From the NCBI GenBank assembly GCA_043760195.1, contig JAYUPJ010000092.1, positions 1 to 55,202 of the forward strand: DNA of 55,202 bases. The letters are read 5' to 3'. This DNA comes from Sphingomonadales bacterium (GTDB lineage: Bacteria; Pseudomonadota; Alphaproteobacteria; Sphingomonadales; Sphingomonadaceae). Below are positions 1-9,075 of this stretch, in pieces (the stretch's first letter is position 1; each line of letters begins with the position of its first letter). Position numbers and translations under genes: made by a program. A model generated the notes under the pieces. The model had not been told where the DNA came from. It was given only the letters and a program-made list of their open reading frames with translations, and did not search any database.

Positions 1-2
1 TC

Positions 3-245
3 TTCAGGAATGGCAAAGCGGAAATGCCCCGCAGCATCGGCCACCCGCCGCATTTCGCCAAGCAACGCCCACCACTCTTCATTGGGCAGGCCTGCGCGGT
101 CCCAGTCGGTCCGCGCATCCTCCCGCCGGTGATCAAAAAAGCGGATATTGTCGTCGCGGCTCTCGATCGGTTTGATTTCACGTTCAATAAATTCGTCGAG
201 TATGTTGAGATAGTCGTTGATATCTTGGGGAATTTCAAACAGCAT
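3..245 (-). CDS. Acyl-CoA dehydrogenase, N-terminal part (LvaC-like); runs off the window edge
   Basis: Translated by hand from ATG at 245: MLFEIPQDINDYLNILDEFIEREIKPIESRDDNIRFFDHRREDARTDWDRAGLPNEEWWALLGEMRRVADAAGHFRFAIPE. This is a typical ACAD N-terminus and lies 3 bp downstream of the phosphotransferase gene. Not in the ORF track. Confidence 0.8.
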   Translation of the reverse strand, partial: MLFEIPQDINDYLNILDEFIEREIKPIESRDDNIRFFDHRREDARTDWDRAGLPNEEWWALLGEMRRVADAAGHFRFAIPE

Positions 246-248
246 TTT

Positions 249-1604
249 TCAAGCCTCTTCTTTTGGTATCTGTCCCGGTTCAACCGGGTGCCACATTAGC
301 TGCGCCTGCGCCAACGACGCATATTTTGGGACATCATTGGCTAGCTTGGCCATCGCCTGACCTCGCAACTTTTCCAGCAACCCCGGCGTGTCCAATCCGC
401 AATCTCCTGCCAATATCTTTGACGCCAGTTCTGCGTCATGGGCTTCAACTGGATTGGCCAGTTCGCGTTGCACCATGCCCAAAGCGTTCATCGCAACTGC
501 CGCCAGAAATTTGTCGCGACCGCTGCTCTTGGCCTTTATATCGCTGTCGATCCATTCGCGCACGGCTTCCAACATTTCAACCGCCGACGGCTCGCCCAAT
601 GTTCGCGTGAACAAGTCGGCGGAAATTTGGGGCGGCAATGTCGTTGCTACAGCGGTCATTCCTTCGCCGAGCAGCATCAACAGATCGATCTCATTCTCGC
701 TCGTTCGCCGCCCAATGACCGCGCGCTCCATGCTACGGTCCACACCGCTGCGCCAATAATCGGCCATTTGCAAACATCCCAGCGCCCACCACAATGTCCG
801 GTAAATCATCCAGAAACGGAAACGGTCAGGGTCAATTTTTGCGCCGCCCGCGGCTTGGTAAGCGCCAAAGAACGCGTCAAGGCTGGTTAGGCCATAAGCG
901 GGCCTGTCAACTTGCCCAAAGCGCCAAACCATCAGGCAGCCATACGCAATATCATCGTGCCGGTCACCCCAATGGGCCAATTCCCAATCGAGCACTGCGG
1001 ATATCCCGTTCGCATCGACCATCAAATTGCCCATGCGAAAATCACCATGCACCAAAACCGGCGGCGCAGGCGGCGGCAAGTTATCCTGACACCAACGAAT
1101 GGCGAGCGCGATTATAGGCCTATCGCCGCCGTAGTGCATAAAACGCGCCTTCAACTCATCCAGCGCCGCCGCGATATCCATTTCGGGAATCGCAATGTCG
1201 GCGCGCGGTGATATCGCATGTATCTTCACCAGTTCGCTGGCAATGTCGCCGATCAGAGCGGCGGGCGGGTTCGCCAATATCGCCGCGGGGTTAACCTCGC
1301 CCTCGGCCCGGCGCATAATGTATCCGCTACCCAAATCATCGCCGGGCGCAAGCACGCCGACAACCTGCGGCGCTTTCACGCCAGCGGCAAACGCCGCCTG
1401 CACTAGGGCCGCTTCCACGGCATGACCAAAGGGCCGCCCCTCCATCATTTCCAATGATGGCGCTCGGCGCAGCACATATCCCTCGCCTGCATAGTCAAGC
1501 GACCAGCTTTCCATCGTCGCACCGCCCGATAGCCGCGCGAGATTTTGCACAGTGCCCACGCCGATGCATCGCTGCATCACGCCCGCAAGTGCGGCTTCAT
1601 TCAT
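249..1604 (-). CDS. APH-family phosphotransferase with a C-terminal helical (DUF6285/LvaB-like) extension
   Basis: Motifs LSGGA, VLRR, LVHGDFRMGN and VLDWELAHWGD, plus an extra C-terminal domain of about 110 aa. Confidence 0.85.
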   Translation of the reverse strand: MNEAALAGVMQRCIGVGTVQNLARLSGGATMESWSLDYAGEGYVLRRAPSLEMMEGRPFGHAVEAALVQAAFAAGVKAPQVVGVLAPGDDLGSGYIMRRAEGEVNPAAILANPPAALIGDIASELVKIHAISPRADIAIPEMDIAAALDELKARFMHYGGDRPIIALAIRWCQDNLPPPAPPVLVHGDFRMGNLMVDANGISAVLDWELAHWGDRHDDIAYGCLMVWRFGQVDRPAYGLTSLDAFFGAYQAAGGAKIDPDRFRFWMIYRTLWWALGCLQMADYWRSGVDRSMERAVIGRRTSENEIDLLMLLGEGMTAVATTLPPQISADLFTRTLGEPSAVEMLEAVREWIDSDIKAKSSGRDKFLAAVAMNALGMVQRELANPVEAHDAELASKILAGDCGLDTPGLLEKLRGQAMAKLANDVPKYASLAQAQLMWHPVEPGQIPKEEA

Positions 1605-1978
1605 TTGTGGTTTTGCCAGTAATCTGTCGCCAATTGCTGCACTTCCTTCAGATATTTTCGCGCAGCATGGCTTTCATATTCGCCGACGAAATCATGGCGG
1701 CCAAGCCACCATCCTTGGCCCGGGATATTGTCGCCCTCACGCACCACAAACGCCGCCAATTCAGGTTCACCGCGTCCTGCCGCGCGTGCATCAATTGCAT
1801 CCAGCACCTTGCACAAGGCCCGCATTTTAGGGCGGGTAAAGCTGATACCGAGCAGCATCAACAGATCGGAATAGCTTATGGTTCGCTCCTCCCGCGCCGC
1901 ATCTTGCAACATGGTTTCGATGGTACCCGCATCCATCAAGGCCTTTTTTGCGGCAAGGTTTTCAGCATCCTCCATCAC
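1601..1978 (-). CDS. Conserved hypothetical protein, possibly winged-helix-like
   Basis: 125 aa; ATGA overlaps with both neighbours; motif ISYSDL...PELAAFVVR...PGQGWW. Confidence 0.7.
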   Translation of the reverse strand: MMEDAENLAAKKALMDAGTIETMLQDAAREERTISYSDLLMLLGISFTRPKMRALCKVLDAIDARAAGRGEPELAAFVVREGDNIPGQGWWLGRHDFVGEYESHAARKYLKEVQQLATDYWQNHK

Positions 1979-2949
1979 GCAGCAAATTTTGCCAGCCGGT
2001 CATGGATGATCGCATCGGCCTCTGCCATAATCCGGTCGATCAGTTCTTTACAGGTCGGAATGTCATGGATCAGACCGGCAACCATGCCGCAACTCCATGC
2101 CCCCGCATCCATATCGCCTTCCATCATGATCCGTGGATACACCCCGGCCACTTGTTCAATCACGTCAGCGAATTGCAGATCTGCGCCCTTTTCTTTTTCA
2201 ATTTCCAACAGGCGTTCCACAGCAGGATTGGTCAACACGCGCTCGGTATTGCGCAGCTGGCGCATCACCAATCGCGTATCCAATTCACTCGCCGCGACGA
2301 TTGCGTCCTTTACGTTTTGATGCACCGGCGCTTCTTTGGTGGCAATAAAGCGCGTGCCCATGTTCATGCCATCCGCGCCCATTGCCAATGCCGCAACCAA
2401 GCTGCGTCCATCGGCCATACCGCCAGACGCGACAAACGGGATGTCCAATTCATCGGCTGCGCGTGGCAACAGGATCATGTTCGGGATATCGTCTTCACCG
2501 GGATGTCCGCCGCATTCAAAGCCATCAACCGATACGGCGTCACAACCAATTGACTGCGCCTTTAAACTGTGACGCACGCTGGTGCATTTGTGGATTACCT
2601 TGATGCCCGCGTCATGCAGCGCGGGCAGCACCTGCACCGGATTATTGCCTGCAGTTTCGACAACCTTCACGCCGCCTTCGATAATCGCTTTCACCATGCC
2701 GGGATAATCCGGTGAATTGACGACAGGCAAAAAGGTCAGGTTCACGCCAAAAGGCTTGTCCGTCATGTCCTTGCATTTGGCGATTTCATTGGCCAAATCC
2801 GCCGCCGTTTTCTGGGTTAGGCCGGTAATGATGCCGAGGCCGCCCGCATTGGAAACGGCCGCCGCCATTTCCGCAAAGCCGACATAGTGCATGCCGCCTT
2901 GGATAATGGGATGTTCGATGCCAAACATTTCTGTAATACGGGTTTTCAT
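1975..2949 (-). CDS. Nitronate monooxygenase / FabK-like flavin oxidoreductase
   Basis: PIIQGGM, SNAGGLG, GFECGGH, ASGG, MGTRF motifs. Confidence 0.9.
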   Translation of the reverse strand: MKTRITEMFGIEHPIIQGGMHYVGFAEMAAAVSNAGGLGIITGLTQKTAADLANEIAKCKDMTDKPFGVNLTFLPVVNSPDYPGMVKAIIEGGVKVVETAGNNPVQVLPALHDAGIKVIHKCTSVRHSLKAQSIGCDAVSVDGFECGGHPGEDDIPNMILLPRAADELDIPFVASGGMADGRSLVAALAMGADGMNMGTRFIATKEAPVHQNVKDAIVAASELDTRLVMRQLRNTERVLTNPAVERLLEIEKEKGADLQFADVIEQVAGVYPRIMMEGDMDAGAWSCGMVAGLIHDIPTCKELIDRIMAEADAIIHDRLAKFAA

Positions 2950-2969
2950 TTGTAATCTCCTAATACGCT

Positions 2970-3902
2970 CTATTTATATGTAGATAGCGACGTGATGACA
3001 GCATGAAACTCCGCTACCATTTCATCAACGATTTGTTTTACAGGTTTGACCGCCTCGATCCTGCCTGCCACTTGTCCGGAAAGCGCAATCGCCGCCTCCA
3101 TGTCACCGCCAAAATACAGATCGAGTGCGCGGGACATATTGCCCATAATATTTTCGCCGGGATCAAGCTCCAACGCAGTCGTGCGTTCGGTGCGTAGCGC
3201 GCGCAGTGCCGGGCCGGGGCCATGCCGGTTCAACAACACGGTATCGGTTTCTTTGGCGTCGATGATCGATTGTTTCCAGTTATCATGCACCGGGCTTTCC
3301 GCCGCGCTGACCATGCGCGTGCCCAGTTGCACGCCCTCTGCTCCCAAAGCGAATGCCGCCGCCATGGTGCGTCCGCATGTCATACCGCCTGCCGCGATAA
3401 TCGGGACATCGACCTTTTCGCGGATCAGCGGCAACAGCACCATCAGCGCAACATCGCGGCCATTCTTGAAACCGCCACCCTCACCGCCCTCTACCACCAA
3501 GCCATCGACGCCAGCATCAATCGCCTTGAGCGCACCTGCCAAATTGGGCACGACATGGAACACCGCCAAACCCGCATCCTTTAACGGCTTGCAATATTTG
3601 TTGGGATCACCCGCAGATGTTGTGACAAATTTGATGCCCTGCGACGCAACAAAATCAACGATGCCGGGATCGCGCACAAATGCCTGCGCAATATTTACAC
3701 CAAAGGGCTTGTCGGTAAGGTCCGCCATTTTCGCGATCTCTTCGCGCACCTCGTCCAATTGGCCGGAACTCGTTTCAATGATTCCCATGCCGCCAGCATT
3801 GGACATCGCCGAAGCCAATGGCGCACGTGCAATCCAACCCATCGGAGCTTGAACTATCGGAAATTCAACACCAAGCATTTCGGTGATACGGTTCTGGATC
3901 AT
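2970..3902 (-). CDS. Nitronate monooxygenase / FabK-like flavin oxidoreductase (second paralog)
   Basis: PIVQAPM, SNAGGMG, EGGEGGGF, AAGG, LGTR motifs; GGAGG RBS upstream. Confidence 0.9.
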   Translation of the reverse strand: MIQNRITEMLGVEFPIVQAPMGWIARAPLASAMSNAGGMGIIETSSGQLDEVREEIAKMADLTDKPFGVNIAQAFVRDPGIVDFVASQGIKFVTTSAGDPNKYCKPLKDAGLAVFHVVPNLAGALKAIDAGVDGLVVEGGEGGGFKNGRDVALMVLLPLIREKVDVPIIAAGGMTCGRTMAAAFALGAEGVQLGTRMVSAAESPVHDNWKQSIIDAKETDTVLLNRHGPGPALRALRTERTTALELDPGENIMGNMSRALDLYFGGDMEAAIALSGQVAGRIEAVKPVKQIVDEMVAEFHAVITSLSTYK

Positions 3903-3946
3903 GCTGCAACCTCCCGTTGAGTCGTTGCCCGCAGTATTTGGGGAGA

Positions 3947-3962
3947 TTTACGTTTACGTCAA
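3947..3962 (-). promoter_or_regulatory. LiuR-type (MerR family) operator overlapping a putative -35
   Basis: The minus strand reads TTGACGTAAACGTAAA, matching the TTGACGT-N2-ACGT(C/A)AA palindrome. TTGACG is followed after 18 nt by AATACT. It lies upstream of an acyl-CoA catabolic operon. Confidence 0.7.
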
Positions 3963-4059
3963 GGGAAACTGGCGAAGGCGGCAATTAGTCCAAGCAAACG
4001 GTCATTGGAGTGCTCGCTCATGATGCCGTTCAAAAAGCTATTTCTCTGAAAAATACTTA

Positions 4060-4228
4060 TCGTCATTCCCGCGAAGGAGTGGACGTTTGGACATACCCCG
4101 TATGTCCAAGCATCGTTCGGGGAACGATGCTACGTGCCACTAATCCATCACCTGCACTCGAGTTTTAAGCAAGTTGGTTTAGATTTGTCAGGTTAAGTGA
4201 TGGATTCCCGCCTTCGCGGGAATGACGA
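4060..4228. repeat. CGTC-type REP/palindromic element with a nested 64-bp insertion in the left arm
   Basis: Right arm GTGATGGATTCCCGCCTTCGCGGGAATGACGA; left arm TCGTCATTCCCGCGAAGG[64 bp]AATCCATCAC. Confidence 0.85.
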
Positions 4229-4280
4229 AGCTTTTGTTTTTATGTGTTTGTTAATCAGAATATCGACACACATTAGAACT

Positions 4281-5390
4281 TCATTTTTCATGGCTGTCGA
4301 ATAAAAAGCTAACTTGGCCTCCAGCATTTTCCGCATCTCCGCGCTCATCCTCACTTGCACCGATGAGGTTCGTCAATGTCAAGCCAAGCAACCGGATGCT
4401 CATCTGGGCTGGCAGGATCGCGCCCAGCAGGCCATGGCCGATGGCGGCAAATTCGGCACGATCCGTCAAGATATGCGGGACCGAACGGGACCGCGTGATC
4501 GTCCGGAAGTCGGCATAGCGTGCCTTCAATATGATGGTCCGCCCGCGCGCTTCGTATTTTTCGATCCGCCCCCAAACTATGTCGATAATTTCGTCCAGAG
4601 CCTCGCGCAATTCTTCTTCGCTGCGCTTGTCTTCAAAATAGGTCAGCTCCCCGCCCAATGATTTGCGAACCTGGTTCGGGTTGACGCGGCGGTGATCGAT
4701 ACCTCGGGCTGCATTGAACAGATAACTGCCCCAGCTACCGAAATGCGCGATGAGCCAGGCCTCATCTTTGGCCGCAAGGTCGGCGCCGGTATTAACGCCC
4801 AGCTTCGCCATTTTTTCCGCCGTGCGCGGGCCGACACCGTGAAACCGCCGAACCGGCAATCCCTGAACAAACGCGGCACCTTGATCCGGCAGAATGACAC
4901 ATATTCCGTCAGGTTTATTTTGGTCACTGGCCAGCTTGGCGATAAATTTGTTGTAGCTTACACCAGCACTCGCCGTCAGGCCGGTTTCGGCGGCGATGTC
5001 GGCGCGAATAAGCTTGGCGATCTTAACCGCCGACCCAATCCCTTGCTTGTCGTCGGTAACATCAAGATACGCCTCGTCGAGAGACAAGGGCTGGATCAGA
5101 TCGGTATGCTTGGCAAAAATCGCCCGTATTTGTTTTGACACGGTTCGGTACGCGTCAAACCTTGGCTTTACAAAGATCAGGTCGGGGCAGTTTTGCAGGG
5201 CACGCGACGACGGCATAGCAGACTTCACGCCGAATGCCCGCGCCTCATAACTCGCCGCCGCCACCACCCCGCGTTTGGAAGAACCGCCGACGGCAACGGG
5301 CTTGCCGCGCAATGCCGGATCATCGCGCTGTTCCACACTCGCGAAAAACGCATCCATATCAATATGGATGATCTTTCTAACCTGGCTCAT
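4281..5390 (-). CDS. dinB: DNA polymerase IV
   Basis: IIHIDMDAFFASVE, SYEAR, SLDEAYLD, SDQNKPDG motifs; start reset to ATG 5390 (MSQVRKII). Confidence 0.95.
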   Translation of the reverse strand: MSQVRKIIHIDMDAFFASVEQRDDPALRGKPVAVGGSSKRGVVAAASYEARAFGVKSAMPSSRALQNCPDLIFVKPRFDAYRTVSKQIRAIFAKHTDLIQPLSLDEAYLDVTDDKQGIGSAVKIAKLIRADIAAETGLTASAGVSYNKFIAKLASDQNKPDGICVILPDQGAAFVQGLPVRRFHGVGPRTAEKMAKLGVNTGADLAAKDEAWLIAHFGSWGSYLFNAARGIDHRRVNPNQVRKSLGGELTYFEDKRSEEELREALDEIIDIVWGRIEKYEARGRTIILKARYADFRTITRSRSVPHILTDRAEFAAIGHGLLGAILPAQMSIRLLGLTLTNLIGASEDERGDAENAGGQVSFLFDSHEK

Positions 5391-5464
5391 GGAATCAGAA
5401 TAGAATTGGCAATTTGCATGGAAGCGGGATAGCAAATTGCATCGGAAAGTCCCATAGGCGCGCA

Positions 5465-6709
5465 ATGCAAAAAATAATCGAAACATCCCGGTCAGAAATC
5501 GGCGGACGTGAACTGGTCGTGATGATGGCGTCAATTATGGCGTTAAACGCGCTTGCTATCGATACGATTCTACCGGCTTTCCCGGAGATTATCAAATCGC
5601 TGGCGATAATTGATGCCAACTCGATCCAGCATATTATCTCGGTCTATTTGCTTGGGACCGCTGTTGGATCGCTCATATTCGGTCCGCTCTCGGATCGCTT
5701 TGGCCGCAAGCCAGTGCTGCTTGCCAGCATCGTTGGTTACGCAATCTGCGCCGTCGCTTGCGGGGCGGCGACCAGCTATTCCTTTTTGTTGCTTATGCGG
5801 TTTTGCCACGGATTATTCGGAGCGGCATTGGGCGTGTTGGTGATTTCGATCATCCGCGACCGTTTCGCTGGCGATGCAATGGCAAAGCGCATGTCACTGG
5901 TGTTCCTGATTTTCATGGTCGTCCCCATTATCGCGCCCAGCGTCGGGCAAATCATCCTGCTATTTGCCGGATGGCGGACAATCTTTCACATCATTGCGAT
6001 TTTCGGATTGGCGGTCGCACTCTGGTCGTGGTCGCGCTTGCCGGAAACGCTTGACCCCGATAACGTTATTCCAATTGCTTTTGGACCGTTAACGCGGGCG
6101 TGGAAGGCGGTGGTGTCACATCGCAGTGCTGCGGGATACATGCTAGGTGCAGGGCTGGTTCAGGGCGCGCTATTCGGGTTCCTAAACAGCTCGCAGCAGA
6201 TATTCGATGTGGTGTTTAACGCGCGGGATTTCTTCCCCATCGGTTTCGCAATTGTCGCCTTGGGCATTGCCTTGGCCAACTTTACCAACGGCCGAATTGT
6301 CGAACGCTTTGGCGCACGGCGGGTCTCACATGCCGCAGTGCTGTTATCGATCCTGTTCGGGTTTTTACAATTGTTGGCGGGCTATTTTGCGCCGCTCTCT
6401 TTGCCTTTGTTCCTAATCCTGATCACCGCGAACATGGCGATGGTCGGATTTATCGGCGCGAATTTCTCCGCTATCGCGATGACGCCTTTTGGGGCCATGG
6501 CAGGATCCGCCTCTTCATTCCAAAGCTTTGCCAAAACCATTGTCGCTGCCGGAGTGGGCGCATTTGTTGGCCAACAATTTGACGGCAGCGTGATACCGAT
6601 GGCGGCAGGATTTTTGGCGTGCGGGCTGGCATGCTTGCTGCTTGTGTTGTGGAGCGAGAATGGCCAGCTGTTCACGCGCCCCGGCACCACCCGCAATACG
6701 CCGATGTAG
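5465..6709 (+). CDS. Bcr/CflA-family MFS multidrug efflux transporter
   Basis: AIDTILPAFP and GPLSDRFGRKPVL motifs, about 12 hydrophobic segments; start ATG 5465 preferred. Confidence 0.9.
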   Translation: MQKIIETSRSEIGGRELVVMMASIMALNALAIDTILPAFPEIIKSLAIIDANSIQHIISVYLLGTAVGSLIFGPLSDRFGRKPVLLASIVGYAICAVACGAATSYSFLLLMRFCHGLFGAALGVLVISIIRDRFAGDAMAKRMSLVFLIFMVVPIIAPSVGQIILLFAGWRTIFHIIAIFGLAVALWSWSRLPETLDPDNVIPIAFGPLTRAWKAVVSHRSAAGYMLGAGLVQGALFGFLNSSQQIFDVVFNARDFFPIGFAIVALGIALANFTNGRIVERFGARRVSHAAVLLSILFGFLQLLAGYFAPLSLPLFLILITANMAMVGFIGANFSAIAMTPFGAMAGSASSFQSFAKTIVAAGVGAFVGQQFDGSVIPMAAGFLACGLACLLLVLWSENGQLFTRPGTTRNTPM

Positions 6710-6740
6710 GGTCAGCATGTAGGGTCAGGATCTAGGGCAC
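6704..6740. repeat. 13-bp tandem repeat (about 2.8 copies) across the MFS stop codon
   Basis: ATGTAGGGTCAGC ATGTAGGGTCAGG ATCTAGGGCAC. Confidence 0.7.
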
Positions 6741-6768
6741 AAAAAAAGGAGGCCGAAGCCCCCTTTTT
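6741..6768. terminator. Bidirectional intrinsic terminator
   Basis: AAAAAAAGGAGGC-CGAA-GCCCCCTTTTT between convergent genes. Confidence 0.75.
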
Positions 6769-6787
6769 CCGAAACATTTTTATCCGG

Positions 6788-8320
6788 TCAATTGATCGGC
6801 GGTACCGAAGTCGGCGGCACGTCCGCGTCAAGTTCGTGCACTTCATCAAGGCCAAGGCCAACATGACTGCGGCGGCGGCTGTACAAGAAGTAAACAACCA
6901 AGCCGATAACTGCCCAGCCCAAGAACATCAGCTTAGTGTCAACGCCCAGGCTCCAGAACAGATAGACGCAGCCAGCAATGGCAACAGGTGCCGTCACCAT
7001 GATCGCAGGTGTGCGGAACGGACGCTTACGATCGGGGTCGGTGCGGCGCAAAACAAGCACCGCAATCGATACGGCAGCAAACGCAAACAACGTGCCTGAG
7101 TTTGAAATGTCCGCCAGCTTACCCACCGGAAAGAACGCCGCAAACAGCGCAACGAAAATACCGGTCAGGATCGTAATGACATGCGGCGTGTTATACTTTG
7201 GATGAATTTTCGAGAATGCTTGCGGCAATAGGCCGTCACGGCTCATCACAAAGAAAATGCGCGTTTGCCCAAACATCATCATCAATATGACCGATGGCAA
7301 AGCCAATCCGGCGGCAAGCCCGATAAGATTGCCGATCTGCGGCCAGCCGATTTCACGCATCGTCCAAGCCAGCGCTTCCTTTGAACAGACGACCTGTTCT
7401 TTGCCCGATGCGGCAAGTGCGGCGCATGCGTCCGATAGGTCTTTGCTGCCTGCGGCAAGCGCCGAACCAGCGCCGTCCATCACCGGCTGTGCACCCACGC
7501 TGCCGATTACGCCTGCGGCGACAAGCAGGTAGAAAATGGTGCAAACGGCGAGCGATCCAATTAGGCCAATCGGCATGTTGCGTTGCGGATCTTTGGTTTC
7601 CTCTGCCGCAGTCGAAACCGCATCAAAGCCGACATAAGCAAAGAAGATCGAGGCCGCAGCTGCTGAAATCCCGCCAAAACCAAGCGGCGAGAACGGCGTG
7701 AAATTCTCCATATTGATAACTGGTATGGCGAGGACAACAAACAAAGTCAGTGCCGCCACTTTAATCGCAACAAGGATCGAATTGACTGTCGCGCTTTCGC
7801 GCGTACCGATCACCAACAGCCATGTCACAAGTCCGGCAATACCCATCGCTGGCAAGTTGACAATCCCGCCATCATAGGGGCCAAGCACCAGCGCATCCGG
7901 AATATTGATACCGAACGCATTTTCCAGCAATCCGACCACATAGCCCGACCAGCCAACCGAAACCGCTCCGGCTGCCACAGCATATTCGAGGATCAGCGCC
8001 CAGCCGACCATCCACGCGATTAATTCGCCCATCACGGCATAGCTGTAGGTGTAGGCCGACCCCGACACCGGGACCATTGCGGCCATTTCAGCATAGCAAA
8101 GCGCGGCCACGGCGCAGACAATGCCCGCAATGATAAACGCGGCCATCATCCCCGGACCGGCCTTTTGCGCGGCTTCAGCGGTTAGAACGAAAATACCGGT
8201 ACCGATAACGGCACCAATCCCCAACATGGTTAGCTGAAATGCGCCCAAGGTGCGGGTCAGAGATTTTTTCTCCGCCGTCCTTAATATGGCATCCAGCGAT
8301 TTAACGCGGTCAAATATCAT
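6788..8320 (-). CDS. APC-family amino acid permease
   Basis: GAVIGTGIF, GSAYTY, FFAYVGFD motifs. Confidence 0.92.
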   Translation of the reverse strand: MIFDRVKSLDAILRTAEKKSLTRTLGAFQLTMLGIGAVIGTGIFVLTAEAAQKAGPGMMAAFIIAGIVCAVAALCYAEMAAMVPVSGSAYTYSYAVMGELIAWMVGWALILEYAVAAGAVSVGWSGYVVGLLENAFGINIPDALVLGPYDGGIVNLPAMGIAGLVTWLLVIGTRESATVNSILVAIKVAALTLFVVLAIPVINMENFTPFSPLGFGGISAAAASIFFAYVGFDAVSTAAEETKDPQRNMPIGLIGSLAVCTIFYLLVAAGVIGSVGAQPVMDGAGSALAAGSKDLSDACAALAASGKEQVVCSKEALAWTMREIGWPQIGNLIGLAAGLALPSVILMMMFGQTRIFFVMSRDGLLPQAFSKIHPKYNTPHVITILTGIFVALFAAFFPVGKLADISNSGTLFAFAAVSIAVLVLRRTDPDRKRPFRTPAIMVTAPVAIAGCVYLFWSLGVDTKLMFLGWAVIGLVVYFLYSRRRSHVGLGLDEVHELDADVPPTSVPPIN

Positions 8321-8385
8321 TATGCACTCCCCAAAAACTTTATAGGACAGAACCTAGCCGCAATTCCGAAACGCGCAACATAATT

Positions 8386-8763
8386 TCACCGTGAAAGCAG
8401 CGGCCCCATAGGTTTTCCACCGAAAAGATGGATATGCAGGTGCGGAACCTCTTGATGCGCGTCCAATCCGACGTTGGTCAAAAGGCGATATCCCGGCTCA
8501 ACCAGTCCCAAATCGCGGGCAATCGAACCGACTGTTCGCACAAAACCGGCGATTTCGGCGTCGCTGGCATTGTTGCTAAAATCATCCCAACTGACATACG
8601 CGCCTTTTGGAATCACCAGAATATGCACCGGCGCTTGCGGATTAATGTCATGGAATGCCAGCGTCCATTCGTCTTCAAAGACAGTCTTGTTTGGGATTTC
8701 CCCGCGCAGGATCTTGGCGAAGATGTTTTGATCATCATAAGGCAGGCTGGCATTGATGGGCAT
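8386..8763 (-). CDS. hinT: Histidine triad (HIT) nucleotide-binding protein
   Basis: FHDINPQAPVHILVIPK and QEVPHLHIHL. Confidence 0.9.
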   Translation of the reverse strand: MPINASLPYDDQNIFAKILRGEIPNKTVFEDEWTLAFHDINPQAPVHILVIPKGAYVSWDDFSNNASDAEIAGFVRTVGSIARDLGLVEPGYRLLTNVGLDAHQEVPHLHIHLFGGKPMGPLLSR

Positions 8764-8766
8764 ATT

Positions 8767-9075
8767 TCAATCCTTTCGCGCGGCTTTTTCGGCTATACCC
8801 GAAATGCCTTCTCGCCGTTCAAGTTCGGCAAGTACATCGGCAAATTGCACGCCGCCTTCTTGCAGCAACACCAACAAATGAAACAGCAAATCCGCTGCCT
8901 CGCTCGTTAGCTTCGCGGGATCACCAGACAAAGCAGCGATGACCGTTTCGGTGGCTTCTTCGCCCAATTTCTGCGCCATTTTTTCGCGGCCCTTGGCAAA
9001 CAGCGATGCCACATAGCTGCTGTCTATCGGCGCATCGCGCCGCTCCCGAATAAGCGCTTCCAACCGGTCGATCAT
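8767..9075 (-). CDS. hisE: Phosphoribosyl-ATP diphosphatase
   Basis: SYVASLF, QKLGEEATE, EAADLLFHLLV motifs. Confidence 0.92.
   Translation of the reverse strand: MIDRLEALIRERRDAPIDSSYVASLFAKGREKMAQKLGEEATETVIAALSGDPAKLTSEAADLLFHLLVLLQEGGVQFADVLAELERREGISGIAEKAARKD

Noticed and set aside
5391-5534. Long N-terminal extensions in the ORF track (dinB here; also DAHP synthase, typA, YhiN, symporter, PhaZ-like)
   Set aside because: The extensions overlap divergent genes or lack family similarity; downstream starts fit the family N-terminus and usually have an RBS.
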